A DNA stretch of 64,000 bases from Sphaerodactylus townsendi. Its lineage: Eukaryota. The stretch is taken from positions 67,270,001 to 67,334,000 of the forward strand of contig NC_059426.1 in the NCBI RefSeq assembly GCF_021028975.2, written 5' to 3'. A model generated the notes under the pieces. It was not told the DNA's origin and searched no databases. It worked only from the letters and a program-made list of their open reading frames with translations. The position numbers and the translations under genes are program-made. Within the stretch, counting starts at the first letter, position 1, and the number at the start of each line of letters is the position of its first letter. Of this stretch, positions 55,236-64,000 are shown piece after piece.

Positions 55236-55579
55236 GGTTAGACTGAGATTGTGTGTCTGGCCCAAAGCCATCCATCAGGCTTCTATGGTAGAGTGGGAAT
55301 TTGAACCTAAATCCTAATCTGACACTCTAACCATAATGCTGTGCTGGCTCTCTACGCAGTAAGCAGATTTCAGCTGTTTTCAAAGGGGACTAACTCAAGC
55401 ACATTAACTCAAGAGCAAGGGTAATAAAATGGAAGAAATATACAAATGAGTTATCATTATGCAAATTTCAAATGTAATAAAGAAAAATACAAGGACTATT
55501 CACAATAGCAGTAATTGGTGATGACACACAATTTCCCTAATTTTTCAAAATGATTAATGCTTTTATTGAGTGAATAGTA

Positions 55580-55865
55580 GAAGAAAATGAGTTTGGATTT
55601 ATACCCCACCTTTCTCTCCTGTAAGGAGTCTCAAAGCCACTTACAAACTCCTTTCCCTTCCTCTCTCCTCTCCTTACAACTTGTGAGATAGGTAGGGCTG
55701 GGAGAGTTCTGAGAGAACTGTGCCTAGGCCAAGGTCACCCAGCAGGCATCGTGTGTAGGAACAGAAAAACAAATCTAGTTCACCAGATTAGAGTCCACTG
55801 CTCATGTGGGGAATCAATCCCAGTTTTCCGGATTAGAGTCTTCTGCTCTTAACCACTACACCATG
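55580..55865 (-). mobile_element. Squam3-like SINE
   Basis: Same family as 15880-16170. Confidence 0.7.
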
Positions 55866-56588
55866 TTGGTTTGGTGTTCTTTAGAGATGCTGTCAACTTT
55901 CTTGATGAATTCTGATTTGCTAGTCCAATGTCTGTGCCCCCTTTTTACTGGAAAAATTGTGACTTTTAGAGTATTCTGGGAAAATAAAATGGTCTCCTAC
56001 TGGTTTCTGAATATTGCCTGACGTTTTTCAAAACTGTGATTGAATTAGGTGAGGCGGGCCATATGGAAAAGGGGTTTGAATGCTCTAAACCAGTATTCCA
56101 TCCTTCTAAATGTTCTGTTTTGTATAGAGCAATTGAACACCCATTTTCCTTACCTGTTTTTTTGGACTGATAAATATGACACTCATCTGGTTTGTGGTGA
56201 GGTGGTAGCGGTGTTTCCCCTAGTCTAGATGTGGGTTAAAATAGATAGATGTTGATCCTTCTGCTGGAGAACACTTTGGTAGAAGTTTGAGCAGGTATAA
56301 ATCAGTACCTATATACCTCTTGGGTGAGTGACCACCTTGCCCCTTCTTACTGTGGAATGACTAGTTTGTCTGGGCCACAATTCTGCCTCCTTTCCTGCAG
56401 GGCCTGTTGCTCACAGCACCCACCTCCTGCTGTGCTGTAAGGAGCAGTGCAGCCAAGAGTGCGGCCATGATCAGCCCTAGAATCAACTCAAGCTCTGTGG
56501 ACGTCGGCTGTGCCTCCAGAGACACCGTTCCTCTTGCAGCTGCTTTCCCCCCTCTTTACTGCTCCTGGGTACTGCACCAGACAGACAG

Positions 56589-56662
56589 ATGGCTGCCGTG
56601 CCGGACTATTATAAACTTTTAGAGGTTCCCCGGGATGCCTCTGACAGTGATATTAAAAAGGC
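56589..56662 (+). CDS. DNAJB2/6-like J-domain co-chaperone, first coding exon
   Basis: MAAVPDYYKLLEVPRDASDSDIKKA|GTAAGT; upstream acceptor at 56400. Confidence 0.85.
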
Positions 56663-57149
56663 GTAAGTCTTTCTTTTGAGCTTTTTATACTGACCTGCTC
56701 TGGGATCTTTTGTGTGGCTCTAGCCATGACTGAAAGACAGGTGAAGAGATTTCTAACACCTCTTTGAATAACATACTGTGTTAACATGTGACTGCCTGAT
56801 GATTCAGTGTATACTGATGAATGGGAGTTGTACTGCGGTATCCAACTAGACCACTATGGACTCTGTGTACTTCAAGCCAAATACAGTCTTGAAACTTCCA
56901 GTTGGAGTCCATGGATCTGCATGGGTATCTCTTCTGAGGAGTTAGCAGATGTGAAAAAATTGAGAAACTGGACGTTAGTTCCCCACTGCTGGACTGTGAA
57001 CTTGTGGCCACTAAGATGTGATGATGGGTGTCCTGTGATCAGAACTCCTATAGTTTTTCAAAACTTGAGACAAATGAAGCAGAGAATTCTTACCATGGTG
57101 TGAGTATGTGTGTTAACTCTTCTGGTTGCACAATACACATTATGCCCTT

Positions 57150-58830
57150 ACGTGGAACTGTTGCCTTGTGGGGAGCATAAGTTATATCCCTTCCCCAGAG
57201 TCACAAACTCAATGTTGTTTTGTGAAAGATAGTTGTGCTTAACCAGGCAGCATTTTAAAAAGCTCGCAACATTCTCACAGATAAAATCACAGGAGCTTTT
57301 AAATAAAAGATTCATAATAGATGTTGACATGTTTAGATCTGACCTCTCTAACAAGGGACAAATGTACATGGAATTAAGAGAATCATATATAGGACATTCT
57401 AAGAGTACAGTCTCAACAGCAGCCATTTTACACTGACATAACCTGTTCTTACTCTGCTATAATAACATTGGGACCAGCCACTGTATCTGGTTTTAATTGG
57501 TATATCAGTTTGGTGACCTCTTGATGATTTACTGGAGCCCATTCAGGTAGATCCTCCTTGGGACTCATACTGGGAGCTGGACCATTTACTTGGTCATCAA
57601 AAAAGATTTCTGAATAATATTTTTGCCATAAGGAAGGAGTGATATCAGCTGCTATAGGGAGATTTTGATACATGTCCCTATTTGTTTGTAGCCAAAATTG
57701 CTTTGTGTTGTTAGTTAGGGTAGCTTGTAATAATTGCTCCCAATTGCATTTTATTGACTCTTGGTGCTTTATTTTAATAAGATTTCATAAGATGTGTTTA
57801 AGGTTAAATAGTTCAGCTGGAGGAATCTTAGCTTTAGAAACCCTGAAGTGGTTATATAAGAGACGTATCTGTTTTTTTTAATTGTCTGCACTCGGTATCA
57901 AACCCATTTCTACATTTGTAATTTTTCCTCATCCTAGATTCCCCTAGGAGAGACACTAAAACAAGTTGTTCATATTTTTTATACTACTGCTTACATTATC
58001 TGCAGTAACTTCAGAGAGACTCAAGGATATACAGCTAGTGGTACTTATCACTCCCCTAGTTTTATTGCATGTTTGCATTGACCATATATTGAGGGAGTTA
58101 TGTTAGTTACCTTCTGATTTGAAGGTGGGACTATTAGAGTCCCATTAAGGGAAAAAATAAGCGGGGATGATCACTGATGATAAAATTGTTCAGTCCATTC
58201 AACCAAAATTTATTATGAATAAGAGCCAACTTGGCTAAGTGAAACCCAGACAAATTGGAAAAAAGATCCTTGGAACTCCTTGCATATGGCGTGAAATGAA
58301 GTTGAAGGAGTTCTTGATCCACATCTACTTGAGAACAAAGTTGAATGAGGTAATTGCACAGAAGTCACTCACTAGTTATATCTCTGACTGGGAATACTTA
58401 GCTTCTAGATCGCCTATGAAGTCAGACCAGTCTTTTCCAATCACTGCTGGTGACTTCTGAATCGTTCCTTGGGGGTAGGTATACATTCACTAAAATAAGA
58501 ATTTTATTACTATACAATATTCTTATTGCTTGAGCTATTAGCTCGCATATATCAAGTTTGGTTTAGACAATTCCTTAAGATATAAATGTTGTTACCAGAC
58601 CTCCCAAGGGTTTTCCTCTCTTATTAGAATACATATGATGGTTAGTAATTGGTTGGTAATTGGAAGTGTGGACCATGTCTTCTGTAAGAGAATGATATGG
58701 AATTGATTAAGATAGTGAATAAATTCGGGGTTTCTATAGCCTCCCTTGATTTACCGTGCAAGCTTTCTGTGAATTAGAGCAAACCAACTTTTTGGCTGGT
58801 GATAAAGGAGAAAGAGGTCTTCTTTTACCA
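57150..58830 (-). mobile_element. Decayed LINE fragments in the first DNAJB intron
   Basis: VETVLLECPIY...CENVASFL and EVTKLIYQLKPDTVAGPNVIIAE resemble non-LTR ORF2 motifs; interrupted by stops. Confidence 0.55.
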
Positions 58831-59349
58831 CTAAAATCTGTGCTGGTGATCATGGGGCCTGCTTGGACAAGATCCATGCACGATGGGAGCTTTATTAAGG
58901 AGAAGAAATGTGTTGCATTGAGAATCTGACCCTATTTCTCAGCATTGTTAATGTTGAGGACCATGCCACAACATGATCCCTTACCTGCATTCTGTAGTGC
59001 ACTCCCCTCTGCCACATCAAGTCACTGCCACCTTAGTGCAGTGATTCACCAGTGGCCTGATAAAAGGGAATGTTCATCAAGAACTGGCAGATAGACATCA
59101 AGGACACAGTTCAAAGACACAGTTCAAGGAGTTCTTTTGTCTCAGCAGGAATTTGGAAAGCACTGTTGTCACTCAGCCTGGTTTGTCCAAGGTGGCTGCT
59201 CAGAATGGAGAGAGAAGGCAGTGTATGACTATCTCCAGCACACCAGGGTTGTCTATTGGAGTTGACTAGTTGGAGCAGTGGTTTAGTATTGAACAGCATG
59301 CCATGGTATTCAAATACAGACATTTACTTTCTCTCCTGGGACTGTGCAG

Positions 59350-59459
59350 GTACAGGAAAAAAGCCCTGCAGTGGCATCCAGATAAAAACCCAGATAGCAA
59401 GAAATATGCTGAACAGAAGTTCAAAGAAGTTACAGAAGCTTATGAAGTGCTGTCAGACA
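59350..59459 (+). CDS. DNAJB2/6-like exon with HPD motif
   Basis: [36 protein letters not shown]; 110 nt. Confidence 0.92.
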
Positions 59460-59893
59460 GTAAGAAACTTCATCCATTTACTAGTCACTTTTCCCCCCTC
59501 TCTTACTCAATTAGGAATCTTTAGTATTCACTTTATTTATTTGTAACCTGGATTGTTTATTTATTTGCACGTTGGGATGCTGATTTGCACAGCACTTGTT
59601 CCTTCAAAGGGGAGTGAGGAGGATGTCTTTAATGCCCTTTCAGGAATCTGTCCTTTGGTTTTCTACTGTAGCTTTTCAAGAGGAATACTATCTTGATCTT
59701 GGAGGGATGGGTGGGTGGTATATATAACATGACACAACAAGACATACCAGCGAGACCACATCCTGCCTTGTGGGTAATGCCAGAATTTACTGCTTGGAAG
59801 AGACTTCCAAGCCATTGGACATATGAGAGCCAGCCTTTAGTCTCATGCACAGGTAACAGAAACTGAAACAAAATGTGACTTCTGAATAGGCCA

Positions 59894-59896
<3 letters not shown>

Positions 59897-59937
<41 letters not shown>
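59897..59937 (+). repeat. (TC)n microsatellite forming a polypyrimidine tract
   Basis: About 20 units immediately before the AG at 59941-59942. Confidence 0.95.
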
Positions 59938-59940
<3 letters not shown>

Positions 59941-59942
59941 AG

Positions 59943-59996
59943 AGCTCAAGCGTGAACGTTATGACTGCTACGGCGGGAATGGACTCTCAACAGTAG
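59943..59996 (+). CDS. DNAJB2/6-like exon (end of J domain)
   Basis: KLKRERYDCYGGNGLSTV; 54 nt, phase 1-1. Confidence 0.8.
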   Translation, partial: SSSVNVMTATAGMDSQQ

Positions 59997-60442
59997 GTGA
60001 AGAATAGTTCCTTTGCTATCCAGTTGACACACCTGCCAATGCCCACCACTAACCTTGCATTGGGGCTACATCTATCTCGTCCAAGGATCCCCAACCTTTT
60101 TGAGCCTGCAGGTACCTTTGGAACTTTTAGAGGAGGTGCAGGACAGGACCCCAGAATGGCTCCACCTCCTGTGGCAAGCCCAAATGGTTACTGCAGGAGG
60201 CAGAGCCAAATACATTACCTTTTTCCTCGCTTTGCAAAAGAATCACAGAAGGAGAATAAAAAAGGGAAGGAAATAAAAAAGAGAAAAGACAATAAAAAGA
60301 AATGATGGAAAGCGCAGGGGGAAAGGGGAGAAAAAATAAGGGAGGAGAAGAAAAGGCTGAAGAGGGAATAGAACCACACACTGTCTAGGAAAGTCTAAAT
60401 ACTTACTAGTCTACTTTATTCTCCAGTAGCGACAGCAACATA

Positions 60443-60701
60443 GGCCCTTTCCCCACTCACCTTTGCCCGAGGGTTGCTGCGGGCAATTCCCGGCGCGCGC
60501 AATTCCTGGCGCGCGCCCTGGCATCCCCACAACAAAAGGTGCCATTTGAAAAGGCGCCAGAAATTCCGCGCGTCGAGGGGGCGCGAGAGAAGCAGCATCG
60601 GGGCGGCTGCGTTCTCACCGCCCCTGAAGTGGGGAGGGCAGCTGAACCCCGCGCTACTTTAGGAGAGTAGCGCGGGGCTTAAGGAAAGTGGGGAAAGGGC
60701 C
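60443..60701. mobile_element. CpG-rich Harbinger-type MITE nested in an older hAT element (about 60074-60830)
   Basis: TIR GGCCCTTTCCCCACT/AGTGGGGAAAGGGCC; 3-bp TSD ATA. Confidence 0.78.
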
Positions 60702-61213
60702 ATAAACCCTTTCATTTCAGCCAATTTCAAGACCTGCTTTTCAACAGCTCTCTGCCCAGAAGAACATCTCTTCTGAGAAGCTTGGCAGGCACCAAGGCAC
60801 TCTTAAGTGCTACACTGGGGAACCCTGGTCTAGTATCTGGTTTTGTACTCAGGAGCAGAGCCACAAGAATCCAGCCCACTCTCCTACAACAATGGTGCTA
60901 GTTCTGGAAAACTATGCAAGCTTTGGGTGCTGTTTTTAATAATACTATCTGAGTGACAAAGGAAGAAGTAATTGATTTAAGACAGTTGTTCATCCTGAAC
61001 TGTCCTTGGTCCTTGTCATCCAAGGATGACCTCGTATGACTTAGGAGGCAATTTGCAATGACCTTTTCGGAACAAAATACCAATCACAAGTCTAAGGAGA
61101 CAGGGCTGAAGTGTCCCAGTGGCTGAACAATTTGCTAGGACCTGTGTAAGCACCCACGGTGGGAGGACTCCAATATATTGGCGATTTATTTATTAATTGG
61201 TATCCTTTTCCAG

Positions 61214-61303
61214 TAATTCCTGAGGGAGAAGATTTGAATTTTACCTTCCGCAGCCCCTGGGATGTTTTCCGGGAGGTGTTTGGAGCCTCAGATGCCTGCT
61301 CTG
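61214..61303 (+). CDS. DNAJB2/6-like exon (G/F-region helix V motif)
   Basis: VIPEGEDLNFTFRSPWDVFREVFGASDACS resembles FTFRSPEEVFREFFG; CAG acceptor and GTAAGT donor. Confidence 0.8.
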
Positions 61304-64000
61304 GTAAGTTTCTTTCCCAGTAGACATTTGCCTGCACTTTAAAGATACAGAGTTGTTAGGGATAATCACCTTGTGCCCATAGGACTAAAAAAGTCCACAT
61401 CTTTCACTCCTGGTCACTTGCCCAGTGCTCTGGGCAATACATAGCTTGTTGTAGGTTCAACTGCATGAGATACAAGGGATGCGTGACTCAATTTCCAATT
61501 AACCTCCTTGGCCTGGTGGCAGAACCCTGATTATAATCCCCTGCTTTTACATCAATACTTGTCAGTAAAATGAAAGCCATCCTAGTTGATGTTTTGAAGC
61601 TCGTTATGTCATAGTTTTGTCTAAGCAACTGTGCACTCCCAGTGGAGTGTATAACTTTGCTGATTTTTTTGCATTGTGGGGTTGTCTGATAACCAGCCAG
61701 GAGTTTTACCACATTGAACATGGGTCCTGGCTGGGGCTGGGGAATAAGACTGATTTTTTTTTTTTGGCAGAAATCACAGCCTCTAACAGTCATTTATTTT
61801 GGGAATCCAGACAGTATTATAATTGTTGTTAGGGGTTAAGCACCACACACCCCTTCACACACCCACTTTGTAATTCTCAAGCTCATGGACAGTCATTTCA
61901 AATAAATAAATAAATAAATAAACGTGCTCTGCAAGGCTATTCTTCCATGAGGTAGGGACAATATTATATTATTGTTTGTGGACTGGCCATAGGTCAAGTG
62001 TACATTTTTAATCACATTAAAATGTCCTTTAAGAAGGATTTGATAGAGAAAGGAGGAGATTACTCATTACACTAAAAACAACATGGGGGAATAGTCTGAA
62101 GGGGAAAAGTGGGAAGAATTGAATTTGCATTTATCCAATTTTATGTATTTTCAGCCACAAAGGATGACCATATTCCATGGTACTTAAGAGGTCCCTTATT
62201 TTCCATCTCTATTTCAGAAGACTCAGGTAGAATATGACTAACTTTCATTATAGTATTATTCCTGTGCCTTTCTTCTGCTTCCTGAATGGTTTGCTCTAAC
62301 TTCCTTTTGGTTCCTCTTCTTCTGCTTTGACAATTCTAGTTGCTTGTCCTTCTCCTCAAGCCTTTTCTTGTTGCAGGGAGGATCGTGCTTTCTGTTGTAG
62401 CCTGTCTGGCTGTTTTTTTCCCCAGTCCAGCCTTTGTTTTTGTCCACGCTGTCTAGTATGATGCAGTAGAGAAGAGTGTTGGATTTGAACTGGGGGAAAA
62501 GGCCAGTTTTCAAATCCCTGTTTCACTGTATCTTGTGCTAGTTGTTCTATTCTTCTTGGGGACACGATGCCCCAAGGACTCTGGCAGGATGCAAATATTA
62601 ATAGATTTTCTGTGTTACTAGCTCATATTAGTCTGCCTTTTCTACACGCACAGCTTACCACAGCTTTTGCCAGCAGTCAAACACTGTGTCTTGAAAACAT
62701 TTTCTAACTCCACACACCTCTTTTCCCCCTGTTGTTTCAGGTATCCCCTCCCCGCCACTGTCTCTTGCATTTATTCCACATGCTACTGCTGAAAATGTAT
62801 TTTATTCATGATGGTGGTGGAATCTAATCCATGATGCAGAACAACAATACTCTCTCTTGTGCTCTAGTGTTACTGTGCAGTCACATTTTGAAGTGGCATG
62901 TTTCAGCCTCCATTTATACTATTGAGAACTTCTAACCTAAAATGGAAGCCAAAACAGTTCCTAGACCGGATACCATTACCTGAAGGAATATAAGCCTACT
63001 CCCCCCCCTCCCCCCCCCACACACAAAGAACCATTTTTTGGGGCCAAATTTGATTTGCAGTAATACACAATATGAAATTGACAGCGGTGATCCAATGAAC
63101 CATGATAGTTTGTATCCCTGCCTCAATATTACATTACTAGTTCAATATGACAATTTTTAAAAGAAAAATTCATTTTAAAAATGGAGGAGGAGGGAAGAGA
63201 AATTGGCTGAAGGGGAGGCATTGGTCAACAGTTAATTGATCTAGAAATTAATTTATCTTCTTCTGCAGGTGTTTCAATAACATTTGGCCCCAGAAGATCA
63301 CTATGTTTCTTCACCCTGGACCCCAAAACCTTCAATTTAAAACATCTTCTAAACAGATGGTAATATGGGAATTGAATCTCACCTGTTGCAAACAGCAAAG
63401 AGTCAGTCAATTTTTAATTGTGACAGTAGGAATGGGGTTGGGCTGGGAGATGATCCAGTAGGTCAAGAAAGCTTTTGCTGGCCAATAGATCTGAATTCTA
63501 AGTATGCTCCCATATTATCAGTGAATTTACAGCCTGCACTTCAAATTCTTCTGATAACTCAGTTCAACTAAAGCCAAGGTAGCATCAGTATTTCTTTATC
63601 AGCAGATAACCATTTACAAAGCAAAGTGAGCCTTTCTCCAAGCAGTGGCATCTGCTGTCCAAGAGGGTTGCAAGAATGGAAGCTAGCTAGATACATCTTT
63701 TTACGGAACAAAAATAGATCTCTGAGGCCAAAACAAGAAAAAGACAACACATGACAAGTCATCACTGCACTCACATTGCTCCTGCTTCATTTCACTGACA
63801 GCTGCTTGAAGAGGTAGCAAGACTCTTAGTAGGTTGTTATTGTCACCAGAAAGAACTACAATGAATACCCATCAGCAGCAACTTCACATCCCTGAAACAT
63901 CAAAGACCTTTTGCGCATGTTTGGATTCTTCCAGTAAAGTGTATATTACCTTCGAGTCCAATTGTGCATGTTTTCCCTCATCAGAACTCACCACACAGCA

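Noticed and set aside
62741-63359. Further DNAJB coding exons
   Set aside because: Good acceptors exist, but the translations do not resemble the DNAJB2/6 C-terminal domain, so they were not called as features.

Overview
Vertebrate (squamate reptile, probably gecko, judged from Squam3-like and 5S-derived SINEs) genomic window. Its gene order matches the human 2q35 block GLB1L-STK16-TUBA4A-(TUBA4B)-DNAJB2. It contains: the 5' end of GLB1L (-); a complete STK16 gene (+, 305 aa); a complete TUBA4A (-, 448 aa, Tyr-less C-terminus); a second, fully intact divergently transcribed alpha-tubulin (+, 452 aa, ending -GDEY) at the position of the degenerate human TUBA4B; and the 5' part of a divergent DNAJB2/6-type co-chaperone (+). 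Most interesting: (1) a 500-bp, about 97.6% identical inverted homology between the two tubulin last exons, in which almost all differences cluster around isotype-defining codons, suggesting gene conversion and a possible tail-swapping inversion; (2) the intact TUBA4B-position gene; (3) a young, internally deleted ERV with a tRNA-Phe primer-binding site; (4) nested LTRs and a four-layer transposon nest with a Penelope fold-back; (5) a perfect 148-bp palindromic hAT MITE. All coordinates were read by hand. Comparisons with human genes are from memory and need alignment.
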